64,000 nucleotides of DNA from Eledone cirrhosa (lineage: Eukaryota): the NCBI GenBank assembly GCA_964016885.1, contig OZ024766.1, forward strand, positions 930,001 through 994,000. The letters run 5' to 3'. The notes beneath the pieces are model-generated. The model saw only the letters and a list, made by a program, of their open reading frames with translations, did not search any database and was not told the DNA's origin. The translations under genes and the position numbers were made by a program. Below, piece after piece: positions 12,701 to 26,880 of the stretch. Numbering within the stretch: the first letter of the stretch is position 1; the number at the start of each line of letters is the position of its first letter.

Positions 12701-15700
12701 GTTGAGGGACAGAGGTGTGTTTTCAAATATTTATCAATTCACAACAAAGCCTCACAAAGCTACATCATAATGCAAACTCACAACACCCTTCTTATGCAAC
12801 CTCACCAAGCAACCCCACAACACAACCTCACGTTCACAATTCACAACACTCAACAAGGCATTCGTTATCTAGGGTTTACAGTAAACATAGCGAGGTAAAA
12901 CACACCCAGTACACTCTGTAAAGTGGTCATTAGGTTAAGATTAAACTGAAATCATACCTCCATTGTCGTTGGCGTATATTTTCTCTAAAACTTAATTTCA
13001 TTGCTTTCATTTCTCTTCTTTTTCTTCTATTCCATCTAAATATGAAAAAAATTATACAGGTCATTTCGTCTTATCAAGAGGTCCATTTAAAAAAAAAAAA
13101 AAAAAAAAAAAAAACCGAGATAATACCTTAAAATAATGGTAAAAAAAGTGTTTAATTACGAAAATCCTTTGAAATAACTTCCTCGCTCTTACTGGTCATA
13201 CCTGCAAAACACAAAACACTAGCGTTAGAGGAGTGAACAGTGCAGTGCAGTGCAGTGCAGTGCAGTGCAGTGCAGTGTAATTTAGTATGGTGCAGTTTAG
13301 TGGCACAGTACACTGTAAAACATTTAGCCAATCTCTCAGACATTTACAAATCTTTCAAGATATATACATATATATATATATGGGAGAGAGAGAAATTACC
13401 CTCAGTAGATCAGACAGAGGGACCAGCTATTGAGATTAACGAATATAGGGTCCAAGAGGCGATTAAGGAAATGAAAAATGGTGAGGCTGCTGGACCATCG
13501 GAGATAGTTGCTGAGATGCTGAAGGCCTCAGGGGACGTAGGCACTAAACTGGTTGCACACATCATCAATCAGGCTATATATGGCAGTGTCATACCCAAAG
13601 ACTAGTGCAAAAGTAAAGGGGACGCTCTTGAGAGGAGAAATTATAGGGATATAAAACTGATGGATCAGGTTATGAAAGTGGCAGAAAGGATATTAGCACA
13701 ACTAATTAGAGAAAGGGTCAAACTAGATGAGATGCAGTTTGGTTTTGTGCCTGGGAATAGTACAACAGATGCCCTCTTCTTGATGAGACAATTACAAGAG
13801 AGGTTCTTAGAGAAAAATAAGCCACTATACTTAGCCTTTGTTGACCTAGAGAAGGCCTTTGATAGGGTACGCCGATCTGTCATCTTATTATTTAACCTAT
13901 AAATGGGGCCCCAACAGGTACTACTACACCAGGCCAGAGCAGACCTGGGAGTTATGACAACTAAGGGGGTAACTCCACGTTCCCCACAGTTCCTCCTGAA
14001 CTTGAGCCTTGCCACTGGATGTAGTTTAATGTCATACCCAGGACAAATATATACATACATATATATATATACATACACACACATATATATATACATATAC
14101 ATATATACAAATATATATATGCGTACGAAAGTGTGGTTACATGATGCCTATGCGAGATGTGCGACGCTGCATGGTAGTGAGACATGGACAGCAACTGCAG
14201 AGGGTATGCGATGGCTGGAGAGAAAGGAAGCAAGCACGCTCCGTTGGATGTGCAATGTCAATGTGCGGGAACGACCAAGCATAAACGAGTTGAGAGAGAA
14301 ACTGTGTTTAAGAGGGATAAGTTGTGGTGTGCAAGAGAGGACTGAGATGGTATGGACATGTGATGCGCATGGAGGTTGAGCGCTGGGTAAAGAAGGGAGA
14401 CGCAGTAGAGGAAGACCACGAAAAACATGGGTGGAGGTGGTGAGAGCCGACTTCAGATCGCTGAAACTCACCAAGGAGATGACGAAGGACCGTGACAAGT
14501 GAAGAGATGCTTTGCTCAAGAGGACCTGTCCCACCCTTTCAAGCAGGGAAAAGCGGACGTAAAATGATGAACAGACGATGATAATGATGCTCTCTATATA
14601 TCTATCTCTCTATCAATCTATCCAGATATCTGTGCATCAGTCTATCTATTTACCTATAAACACCCTCCTCACTCCGTCTCAGGATCACCGAGACATCACC
14701 AACAACCAACCCACGCTGTGGGAAACAGTCCTCCCCGGGGCACACCCTGGTACTTCACACCATCTGTCTGTCTCGCTGCCTAACTACCGAGAAATCCGGC
14801 TTCTGTGCTTGCCTAATTTGTAGGTTATTAGGCAGTTGGCAGGTTTGCGGAAGTTGGTTTTGCAAATGGTTAAAACACTTGCATCACAAAATTCAAATAG
14901 CATCACTCCTTGTTTTATCTTTCTCGTCTTTACCTAGGCCTGCATAAGTTAGTGTTACGGTTAGCGTTACTGTTAGCGTTACGGCTAGTTTTAGGGTTAA
15001 TTGAGAGCAAGAAACTGCTGCTAGGTAAAGACAAGAAATTCTGCATTTACAAGCAATTTTTACAAACAGCCACAATGACAGGACGGAGACATCGTTATGC
15101 TAGCAGGGGATTTCAATGGTCATGTTGGACAGCTCTACGATGGTTACACTGAGGTACATGTTGGGCACACTTACGGCTTAAGAAATGAAGCAGTGAAACT
15201 TCTTGAACTTTGCGATGCAATTGCACTAACCATCTACAACACTAACTTACACAAATCTGCCAACCACCTAATAACCTACAAATCAGGCAAGCACATAAGC
15301 CAGATTGACTTCTTGCTAGTTAGGCAGCGGGACAGGCAGATGGTGTCAAATACAAAGGCATGAATGAGACATACAGGAAGGTGCGGAAAAAAGAAAGGTC
15401 TGGAAGCTAAAAGAGCTTTCACTAAAATACAAATTTAGGAAAGCCCTTCAATATATGTATGATGAAAAAGAAGACGATTTAGAGTCGTACAACATAGATG
15501 ATAACTGGAATTTCTTATGCGATACCTTACTGCAGGTTACTGATGAAACTTGTGGCTGGATCAGAGTTCCAACCAGACAGAGAGTGACATGGTGGTGGGA
15601 CAGCACGGTAGATCGGGCCATTGGAGACTAAAGACTAGCATGGAATGCTTGCAAAATTAGTGCGAGTAGAGAAGAATATACAGCCGCTAAGAGAGAAGCT

Positions 15701-16702
15701 AGACGTCAGGTGTACTTAGCATGCAAGGAGGCTGCTCGACGACGTGCGCTGTTCCGTACTGCAAGGCAGTGTGTCAGTGCAAATCGGGATTAAGTCTGTC
15801 CGCAATGATGCCGCTGTACTTTGTGTCACGAATGAGTGTTGATGAGTAGAAAAGAGGACAAAACTCTATTCCGTCAGGGAAATGGCCATGTTCGATATGC
15901 AGAAACGGAACTGGCATAAATTATATAAAACGTACACAAAAGATCGAGTGCGATAGCAGGCACGTAGTGGGATAGCAGGCAAACTAACAGCATATTTTGA
16001 TTATAATAAAACAAATAATAATAGTAATAATAATAATAATCGTCATTGTTCTTTTCTTCTGTGCCTTTCTTTGCCTTCTCTGTCATCTGAATAACAAAAA
16101 TAAAAGAAAAAAAGAATCTTAAACATATGTTGCCTTTACAAAGTGCTGTGATCAAAGTAGCTTTTAAGCAATTTCCTAACTAACAAACAACATCAACAAA
16201 ATATATACAAATATCTTTGAATGTCAAGTCCACCAAGAGAAAATAGTCATAATGTACTTACAGATACAATGCTAGGGACTCGCATCAATGAGTTTTAGTA
16301 GAAAATGACTGACTGGCTGTTGAGGGACAGAGGTGTGTTTTCAAATATTTATCAATTCACAACAAAGCCTCACAAAGCTACATCATAATGCAAACTCACA
16401 ACACCCTTCTTATGCAACCTCACCAAGCAACCCCACAACACAACCTCACGTTCACAATTCACAACACTCAACAAGGCATTCGTTATCTAGGGTTTACAGT
16501 AAACATAGCGAGGTAAAACACACCCAGTACACTCTGTAAAGTGGTCATTAGGTTAAGATTAAACTGAAATCATACCTCCATTGTCGTTGGCGTATATTTT
16601 CTCTAAAACTTAATTTCATTGCTTTCATTTCTCTTCTTTTTCTTCTATTCCATCTAAATATGAAAAAAATTATACAGGTCATTTCGTCTTATCAAGAGGT
16701 CC

Positions 16703-16736
<34 letters not shown>

Positions 16737-16994
16737 GAGATAATACCTTAAAATAATGGTAAAAAAAGTGTTTAATTACGAAAATCCTTTGAAATAACTT
16801 CCTCGCTCTTACTGGTCATACCTGCAAAACACAAAACACTAGCGTTAGAGGAGTGAACAGTGCAGTGCAGTGCAGTGCAGTGCAGTGCAGTGCAGTGCAG
16901 TGCAGTGCAGTGTAATTTAGTATGGTGCAGTTTAGTGGCACAGTACACTGTAAAACATTTAGCCAATCTCTCAGACATTTACAAATCTTTCAAG

Positions 16995-17026
<32 letters not shown>

Positions 17027-20000
17027 GGGAGAGAGAGAAATTACCCTCAGTAGATCAGACAGAGGGACCAGCTATTGAGATTAACGAATATAGGGTCCAA
17101 GAGGCGATTAAGGAAATGAAAAATGGTGAGGCTGCTGGACCATCGGAGATAGTTGCTGAGATGCTGAAGGCCCCAGGGGACGTAGGCACTAAACTGGTTG
17201 CACACATCATCAATCAGGCTATATATGGCAGTGTCATACCCAAAGACTAGTGCAAAAGTAAAGGGGACGCTCTTGAGAGGAGAAATTATAGGGATATAAA
17301 ACTGATGGATCAGGTTATGAAAGTGGCAGAAAGGATATTAGCACAACTAATTAGAGAAAGGGTCAAACTAGATGAGATGCAGTTTGGTTTTGTGCCTGGG
17401 AATAGTACAACAGATGCCCTCTTCTTGATGAGACAATTACAAGAGAGGTTCTTAGAGAAAAATAAGCCACTATACTTAGCCTTTGTTGACCTAGAGAAGG
17501 CCTTTGATAGGGTACGCCGATCTGTCATCTTATTATTTAACCTATAAATGGGGCCCCAACAGGTACTACTACACCAGGCCAGAGCAGACCTGGGAGTTAT
17601 GACAACTAAGGGGGTAACTCCACGTTCCCCACAGTTCCTCCTGAACTTGAGCCTTGCCACTGGATGTAGTTTAATGTCATACCCAGGACAAATATATACA
17701 TACATATATATATATACATACACACACATATATATATACATATACATATATACAAATATATATATGCGTACGAAAGTGTGGTTACATGATGCCTATGCGA
17801 GATGTGCGACGCTGCATGGTAGTGAGACATGGACAGCAACTGCAGAGGGTATGCGATGGCTGGAGAGAAAGGAAGCAAGCACGCTCCGTTGGATGTGCAA
17901 TGTCAATGTGCGGGAACGACCAAGCATAAACGAGTTGAGAGAGAAACTGTGTTTAAGAGGGATAAGTTGTGGTGTGCAAGAGAGGACTGAGATGGTATGG
18001 ACATGTGATGCGCATGGAGGTTGAGCGCTGGGTAAAGAAGGGAGACGCAGTAGAGGAAGACCACGAAAAACATGGGTGGAGGTGGTGAGAGCCGACTTCA
18101 GATCGCTGAAACTCACCAAGGAGATGACGAAGGACCGTGACAAGTGAAGAGATGCTTTGCTCAAGAGGACCTGTCCCACCCTTTCAAGCAGGGAAAAGCG
18201 GACGTAAAATGATGAACAGACGATGATAATGATGCTCTCTATATATCTATCTCTCTATCAATCTATCCAGATATCTGTGCATCAGTCTATCTATTTACCT
18301 ATAAACACCCTCCTCACTCCGTCTCAGGATCACCGAGACATCACCAACAACCAACCCACGCTGTGGGAAACAGTCCTCCCCGGGGCACACCCTGGTACTT
18401 CACACCATCTGTCTGTCTCGCTGCCTAACTACCGAGAAATCCGGCTTCTGTGCTTGCCTAATTTGTAGGTTATTAGGCAGTTGGCAGGTTTGCGGAAGTT
18501 GGTTTTGCAAATGGTTAAAACACTTGCATCACAAAATTCAAATAGCATCACTCCTTGTTTTATCTTTCTCGTCTTTACCTAGGCCTGCATAAGTTAGTGT
18601 TACGGTTAGCGTTACTGTTAGCGTTACGGCTAGTTTTAGGGTTAATTGAGAGCAAGAAACTGCTGCTAGGTAAAGACAAGAAATTCTGCATTTACAAGCA
18701 ATTTTTACAAACAGCCACAATGACAGGACGGAGACATCGTTATGCTAGCAGGGGATTTCAATGGTCATGTTGGACAGCTCTACGATGGTTACACTGAGGT
18801 ACATGTTGGGCACACTTACGGCTTAAGAAATGAAGCAGTGAAACTTCTTGAATTTTGCGATGCAATTGCACTAACCATCTACAACACTAACTTACACAAA
18901 TCTGCCAACCACCTAATAACCTACAAATCAGGCAAGCACATAAGCCAGATTCACTTCTTGCTAGTTAGGCAGCGGGACAGGCAGATGGTGTCAAATACAA
19001 AGGCATGAATGAGACATACAGGAAGGTGCGGAAAAAAGAAAGGTCTGGAAGCTAAAAGAGCTTTCACTAAAATACAAATTTAGGAAAGCCCTTCAATATA
19101 TGTATGATGAAAAAGAAGACGATTTAGAGTCGTACAACATAGATAACTGGAATTTCTTATGCGATACCTTACTGCAGGTTACTGATGAAACTTGTGGCTG
19201 GATCAGAGTTCCAACCAGACAGAGAGTGACATGGTGGTGGGACAGCACGGTAGATCGGGCCATTGGAGACTAAAGACTAGCATGGAATGCTTGCAAAATT
19301 AGTGCGAGTAGAGAAGAATATACAGCCGCTAAGAGAGAAGCTAGACGTCAGGTGTACTTAGCATGCAAGGAGGCTGCTCGACGACGTGCGCTGTTCCGTA
19401 CTGCAAGGCAGTGTGTCAGTGCAAATCGGGATTAAGTCTGTCCGCAATGATGCCGCTGTACTTTGTGTCACGAATGAGTGTTGATGAGTAGAAAAGAGGA
19501 CAAAACTCTATTCCGTCAGGGAAATGGCCATGTTCGATATGCAGAAACGGAACTGGCATAAATTATATAAAACGTACACAAAAGATCGAGTGCGATAGCA
19601 GGCACGTAGTGGGATAGCAGGCAAACTAACAGCATATTTTGATTATAATAAAACAAATAATAATAGTAATAATAATAATAATCGTCATTGTTCTTTTCTT
19701 CTGTGCCTTTCTTTGCCTTCTCTGTCATCTGAATAACAAAAATAAAAGAAAAAAAGAATCTTAAACATATGTTGCCTTTACAAAGTGCTGTGATCAAAGT
19801 AGCTTTTAAGCAATTTCCTAACTAACAAACAACATCAACAAAATATATACAAATATCTTTGAATGTCAAGTCCACCAAGAGAAAATAGTCATAATGTACT
19901 TACAGATACAATGCTAGGGACTCGCATCAATGAGTTTTAGTAGAAAATGACTGACTGGCTGTTGAGGGACAGAGGTGTGTTTTCAAATATTTATCAATTC

Positions 20001-23000
20001 ACAACAAAGCCTCACAAAGCTACATCATAATGCAAACTCACAACACCCTTCTTATGCAACCTCACCAAGCAACCCCACAACACAACCTCACGTTCACAAT
20101 TCACAACACTCAACAAGGCATTCGTTATCTAGGGTTTACAGTAAACATAGCGAGGTAAAACACACCCAGTACACTCTGTAAAGTGGTCATTAGGTTAAGA
20201 TTAAACTGAAATCATACCTCCATTGTCGTTGGCGTATATTTTCTCTAAAACTTAATTTCATTGCTTTCATTTCTCTTCTTTTTCTTCTATTCCATCTAAA
20301 TATGAAAAAAATTATACAGGTCATTTCGTCTTATCAAGAGGTCCATTTAAAAAAAAAAAAAAAAAAAAAAAAAACCGAGATAATACCTTAAAATAATGGT
20401 AAAAAAAGTGTTTAATTACGAAAATCCTTTGAAATAACTTCCTCGCTCTTACTGGTCATACCTGCAAAACACAAAACACTAGCGTTAGAGGAGTGAACAG
20501 TGCAGTGCAGTGCAGTGCAGTGCAGTGCAGTGCAGTGTAATTTAGTATGGTGCAGTTTAGTGGCACAGTACACTGTAAAACATTTAGCCAATCTCTCAGA
20601 CATTTACAAATCTTTCAAGATATATACATATATATATATATGGGAGAGAGAGAAATTACCCTCAGTAGATCAGACAGAGGGACCAGCTATTGAGATTAAC
20701 GAATATAGGGTCCAAGAGGCGATTAAGGAAATGAAAAATGGTGAGGCTGCTGGACCATCGGAGATAGTTGCTGAGATGCTGAAGGCCTCAGGGGACGTAG
20801 GCACTAAACTGGTTGCACACATCATCAATCAGGCTATATATGGCAGTGTCATACCCAAAGACTAGTGCAAAAGTAAAGGGGACGCTCTTGAGAGGAGAAA
20901 TTATAGGGATATAAAACTGATGGATCAGGTTATGAAAGTGGCAGAAAGGATATTAGCACAACTAATTAGAGAAAGGGTCAAACTAGATGAGATGCAGTTT
21001 GGTTTTGTGCCTGGGAATAGTACAACAGATGCCCTCTTCTTGATGAGACAATTACAAGAGAGGTTCTTAGAGAAAAATAAGCCACTATACTTAGCCTTTG
21101 TTGACCTAGAGAAGGCCTTTGATAGGGTACGCCGATCTGTCATCTTATTATTTAACCTATAAATGGGGCCCCAACAGGTACTACTACACCAGGCCAGAGC
21201 AGACCTGGGAGTTATGACAACTAAGGGGGTAACTCCACGTTCCCCACAGTTCCTCCTGAACTTGAGCCTTGCCACTGGATGTAGTTTAATGTCATACCCA
21301 GGACAAATATATACATACATATATATATATACATACACACACATATATATATACATATACATATATACAAATATATATATGCGTACGAAAGTGTGGTTAC
21401 ATGATGCCTATGCGAGATGTGCGACGCTGCATGGTAGTGAGACATGGACAGCAACTGCAGAGGGTATGCGATGGCTGGAGAGAAAGGAAGCAAGCACGCT
21501 CCGTTGGATGTGCAATGTCAATGTGCGGGAACGACCAAGCATAAACGAGTTGAGAGAGAAACTGTGTTTAAGAGGGATAAGTTGTGGTGTGCAAGAGAGG
21601 ACTGAGATGGTATGGACATGTGATGCGCATGGAGGTTGAGCGCTGGGTAAAGAAGGGAGACGCAGTAGAGGAAGACCACGAAAAACATGGGTGGAGGTGG
21701 TGAGAGCCGACTTCAGATCGCTGAAACTCACCAAGGAGATGACGAAGGACCGTGACAAGTGAAGAGATGCTTTGCTCAAGAGGACCTGTCCCACCCTTTC
21801 AAGCAGGGAAAAGCGGACGTAAAATGATGAACAGACGATGATAATGATGCTCTCTATATATCTATCTCTCTATCAATCTATCCAGATATCTGTGCATCAG
21901 TCTATCTATTTACCTATAAACACCCTCCTCACTCCGTCTCAGGATCACCGAGACATCACCAACAACCAACCCACGCTGTGGGAAACAGTCCTCCCCGGGG
22001 CACACCCTGGTACTTCACACCATCTGTCTGTCTCGCTGCCTAACTACCGAGAAATCCGGCTTCTGTGCTTGCCTAATTTGTAGGTTATTAGGCAGTTGGC
22101 AGGTTTGCGGAAGTTGGTTTTGCAAATGGTTAAAACACTTGCATCACAAAATTCAAATAGCATCACTCCTTGTTTTATCTTTCTCGTCTTTACCTAGGCC
22201 TGCATAAGTTAGTGTTACGGTTAGCGTTACTGTTAGCGTTACGGCTAGTTTTAGGGTTAATTGAGAGCAAGAAACTGCTGCTAGGTAAAGACAAGAAATT
22301 CTGCATTTACAAGCAATTTTTACAAACAGCCACAATGACAGGACGGAGACATCGTTATGCTAGCAGGGGATTTCAATGGTCATGTTGGACAGCTCTACGA
22401 TGGTTACACTGAGGTACATGTTGGGCACACTTACGGCTTAAGAAATGAAGCAGTGAAACTTCTTGAACTTTGCGATGCAATTGCACTAACCATCTACAAC
22501 ACTAACTTACACAAATCTGCCAACCACCTAATAACCTACAAATCAGGCAAGCACATAAGCCAGATTGACTTCTTGCTAGTTAGGCAGCGGGACAGGCAGA
22601 TGGTGTCAAATACAAAGGCATGAATGAGACATACAGGAAGGTGCGGAAAAAAGAAAGGTCTGGAAGCTAAAAGAGCTTTCACTAAAATACAAATTTAGGA
22701 AAGCCCTTCAATATATGTATGATGAAAAAGAAGACGATTTAGAGTCGTACAACATAGATGATAACTGGAATTTCTTATGCGATACCTTACTGCAGGTTAC
22801 TGATGAAACTTGTGGCTGGATCAGAGTTCCAACCAGACAGAGAGTGACATGGTGGTGGGACAGCACGGTAGATCGGGCCATTGGAGACTAAAGACTAGCA
22901 TGGAATGCTTGCAAAATTAGTGCGAGTAGAGAAGAATATACAGCCGCTAAGAGAGAAGCTAGACGTCAGGTGTACTTAGCATGCAAGGAGGCTGCTCGAC

Positions 23001-23962
23001 GACGTGCGCTGTTCCGTACTGCAAGGCAGTGTGTCAGTGCAAATCGGGATTAAGTCTGTCCGCAATGATGCCGCTGTACTTTGTGTCACGAATGAGTGTT
23101 GATGAGTAGAAAAGAGGACAAAACTCTATTCCGTCAGGGAAATGGCCATGTTCGATATGCAGAAACGGAACTGGCATAAATTATATAAAACGTACACAAA
23201 AGATCGAGTGCGATAGCAGGCACGTAGTGGGATAGCAGGCAAACTAACAGCATATTTTGATTATAATAAAACAAATAATAATAGTAATAATAATAATAAT
23301 CGTCATTGTTCTTTTCTTCTGTGCCTTTCTTTGCCTTCTCTGTCATCTGAATAACAAAAATAAAAGAAAAAAAGAATCTTAAACATATGTTGCCTTTACA
23401 AAGTGCTGTGATCAAAGTAGCTTTTAAGCAATTTCCTAACTAACAAACAACATCAACAAAATATATACAAATATCTTTGAATGTCAAGTCCACCAAGAGA
23501 AAATAGTCATAATGTACTTACAGATACAATGCTAGGGACTCGCATCAATGAGTTTTAGTAGAAAATGACTGACTGGCTGTTGAGGGACAGAGGTGTGTTT
23601 TCAAATATTTATCAATTCACAACAAAGCCTCACAAAGCTACATCATAATGCAAACTCACAACACCCTTCTTATGCAACCTCACCAAGCAACCCCACAACA
23701 CAACCTCACGTTCACAATTCACAACACTCAACAAGGCATTCGTTATCTAGGGTTTACAGTAAACATAGCGAGGTAAAACACACCCAGTACACTCTGTAAA
23801 GTGGTCATTAGGTTAAGATTAAACTGAAATCATACCTCCATTGTCGTTGGCGTATATTTTCTCTAAAACTTAATTTCATTGCTTTCATTTCTCTTCTTTT
23901 TCTGCTATTCCATCTAAATATGAAAAAAATTATACAGGTCATTTCGTCTTATCAAGAGGTCC

Positions 23963-23999
<37 letters not shown>

Positions 24000-25007
24000 A
24001 GAGATAATACCTTAAAATAATGGTAAAAAAAGTGTTTAATTACGAAAATCCTTTGAAATAACTTCCTCGCTCTTACTGGTCATACCTGCAAAACACAAAA
24101 CACTAGCGTTAGAGGAGTGAACAGTGCAGTGCAGTGCAGTGCAGTGCAGTGCAGTGCAGTGCAGTGCAGTGCAGTGCAGTGCAGTGCAGTGTAGTGTAGT
24201 GTAATTTAGTATGGTGCAGTTTAGTGGCACAGTACACTGTAAAACATTTAGCCAATCTCTCAGACATTTACAAATCTTTCAAGATATATACATATATATA
24301 TATATATATATATGGGAGAGAGAGAAATTACCCTCAGTAGATCAGACAGAGGGACCAGCTATTGAGATTAACGAATATAGGGTCCAAGAGGCGATTAAGG
24401 AAATGAAAAATGGTGAGGCTGCTGGACCATCGGAGATAGTTGCTGAGATGCTGAAGGCCTCAGGGGACGTAGGCACTAAACTGGTTGCACACATCAATCA
24501 GGCTATATGTGGCAGTGTCATACCCAAAGACTAGTGCAAAAGTAAAGGGGATGCTCTTGAGAGGAGAAATTATAGGGATATAAAACTGATGGATCAGGTT
24601 ATGAAAGTGGCAGAAAGGATATTAGCACAACTAATTAGAGAAAGGGTCAAACTAGATGAGATGCAGTTTGGTTTTGTGCCTGGGAACAGTACAACAGATG
24701 CCCTCTTCTTGATGAGACAATTTCAAGAGAGGTTCTTAGAGAAAAATAAGCCACTATACTTAGCCTTTGTTGACCTAGAGAAGGCCTTTGATAGGGTACC
24801 CCGATCTGTCATCTTATTATTTAACCTATAAATGGGGCCCTAACAGGTACTACTACACCAGGCCAGAGCAGACCTGGGAGTTATGACAACCAAGGGGGTA
24901 ACTCCACGTTCCCCACAGTTCCTCCTGAACTTGAGCCTTGCCACTGGATGTAGTTTAATGTCATACCCAGGACAAATATATACATATACACACACATATA
25001 TATACAT

Positions 25008-25135
25008 AAAAATTGATGGAAGTTACGGAGTAGGCAGACCCAGAAAAACCTGGGAAGATCTGATAAATTCCGACCTTACACACATCTCTCCAAGACAATG
25101 TCACTGGACAGAGATCTTTGGCACTACGCAGTAAT
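25008..25135 (+). mobile_element. RTE LINE 3' fragment (different subfamily from the array copy)
   Basis: KIDGSYGVGRPRKTWEDLINSDL motif. Confidence 0.8.
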
Positions 25136-25329
25136 ACAGAAGACCTGATTTGTCTATGTACAACGCGAAACCTCGTCAGTAGGCACCTCTTAACCAAAAA
25201 TACACCCGCATCCCACTACCCTTTCCTCCAACCTCTTTCTCTGTAAAGTTATGTTGGTACCACAACATCCAGCCCTAAATAAATGAGGTCGTGTAGATGT
25301 CACGACAAAAAAAAAAAAAAAAAAAAAAA

Positions 25330-25545
25330 ATCTCCACGCTGTAATGTGCCCGTGTAGGTAACACGGTAAAAACCTCCCAGTCCACACTAAACGTGGTTGG
25401 TGTTAGGAAGGGCACCCAACCGTAGAAAACCTGCCAGACAGTCCTATACGAGCGAGAAAAACCAATCTTGCCTCAAGTGGGACATCTCCCGTCTAAACCC
25501 ATGCTAGCGTGGAAGATAGACTTTAAACGATGATGATGATGATAT
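25330..25545 (+). mobile_element. SINE with RTE-type 3' tail
   Basis: gtggttggtgttaggaagggcacccaaccgtagaaaacc...aaacccatgctagcgtggaagatagactttaaacgatgatgatgatg. Confidence 0.75.
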
Positions 25546-25706
25546 ATACACATGGGATAACAAGTTATCGTTTTAGGTAATCAAGTGAGAGGTTTCCTTA
25601 CTTAAGTAGCGAGTTTGCAATAATTCCCATGCAGGTCGATCTTGGAGTAATAGTAGTGAAAGAATGAAGAGTAAGATGGTCGGCTGTATAAAAAGGGTTT
25701 TATTTA

Positions 25707-25806
25707 CAGTACTAACAATTGTTTCATTGAACAGGTGAGTCTAAAAGTCGCTAATCACTCGACCTTAAATACAGTGTGTGGCTCTGATAAAATCATCGGA
25801 ATACTG
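25707..25806 (-). ncRNA. Type I hammerhead-like ribozyme (U4C core variant, long stem II insert) in a Penelope-like pseudo-LTR (~25550-26200)
   Basis: Minus strand: cagtatt-CCGATGA-~70 nt-GAA-ACAATTGT-T-agtactg. Stem I is 7 bp with one GU, stem III is palindromic and minimal, triplet GUU. TATAAA lies upstream and AATAAA immediately downstream. Confidence 0.6.
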
Positions 25807-26234
25807 GAGGGTGTAACACATGGCATTAGCATTTATAGATACATCAGAGAATCGAATGAATGAAAACGAAAACATCAATAATAAAAGATAAACAATAATA
25901 AAAGTATAAAGAAGAAAGAATGACGATGTAAAAAATAAGTACAAAATACGGTTTCTGATAATAGTAGTAGAAGTTATAGTGGATGTGTAAAATAGTGATG
26001 ACAGTAATGATAACAATAACATGAAAAGGAATACGATATATGTTTTGAGTTTATAAATCAGCAAAATAAAAAGGCAAGTTGTATAATAAAATATCAAAGG
26101 ATTAAATAAATAATAAAAAGTAATTGATAGAGAGATAAGGAATATGAGACAGGGACTGAGAATATGGATTCGAGGATGAGACAAAGGGTAGGAATAAGGA
26201 GAGGGACTAAAAGTTATGTTTTTCTTAACGATGA

Positions 26235-26880
26235 TAATACAAAATTAGAGGAATCAAAAGAGAATTACAGTACTATTCACATGTAGTGCAACTGGTGAAA
26301 AGTTTAAACCCCTTTTTACTGAAAAAAAGCCTTAAACCTCGTTGTTTCAAGAATATTGACATTTCTAAACAGGAATTTTATTATAAAAAGAACATTACGG
26401 ATGGATGACAGAATATATTTTCATTTTACCTAAAAGAAATCAATTACGAATTTTTTAAACAATAGAGAAAAGTATTATTGCTCCTTGATAATGCAGCATG
26501 TCACAAACAAAGCTTTTAAAATATAAAACTTTTTTTTTCTACCCTCGAACACAACTACAAAATTACAACCTTTAGACCAAGGAATAATTTGGTCATTCAA
26601 ATGCAACTACAATACGATTTTTATTAATAAAGTTGGTTAATAAAGATGTGAAAGTGTCAATTTAAAAGGAACGTCATGAGTTACGCCCCTTTATTTTCCG
26701 AGTTCAACTTGGCCTTTCATCCTTATAGGGTCGATAAATAAAGTACCAGCGATGCACTGGAATAATTGCTGGCAAAAGTAAAAACAGTTATTGCATGGTA
26801 ATTTTGGTCAGTCCAGGCATGGGATTCGGTTGTAAAAGAGACAATTGTAAATTGCTGGGAAAAGTCAGGTCTACGAATAC
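26235..26880 (+). mobile_element. Tigger/pogo (Tc1/mariner superfamily) DDE transposase remnant
   Basis: SKERITVLFTCSATGEKFKPL...KPRCFKN...RKVLLLLDNAACH...IKLFFLPSNTTTKLQPLDQGIIWSFK...AWDSVVKETIVNCWEKSG, with frameshifts and stops. Confidence 0.92.

Larger units (their letters stand above)
1..25005. repeat. Tandem array (macrosatellite) of a ~3.62-kb unit, about 7 copies, continuing beyond the left window edge
   Basis: The same ORF recurs at 86, 3707, 7321, 10963, 14578, 18223 and 21838 (periods 3621, 3614, 3642, 3615, 3645, 3615). Units differ mainly in poly-A, (CAGTG)n and (TA)n lengths plus a few SNPs. Similarity ends in a TA/CA microsatellite at ~24,975-25,005. Confidence 0.98.

Noticed and set aside
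86-25197. Short 60-160-aa ORFs in the array as host genes or an active LINE
   Set aside because: They are broken RTE fragments, their antisense frames, or low-complexity sequence; the RT lacks its catalytic YADD region.
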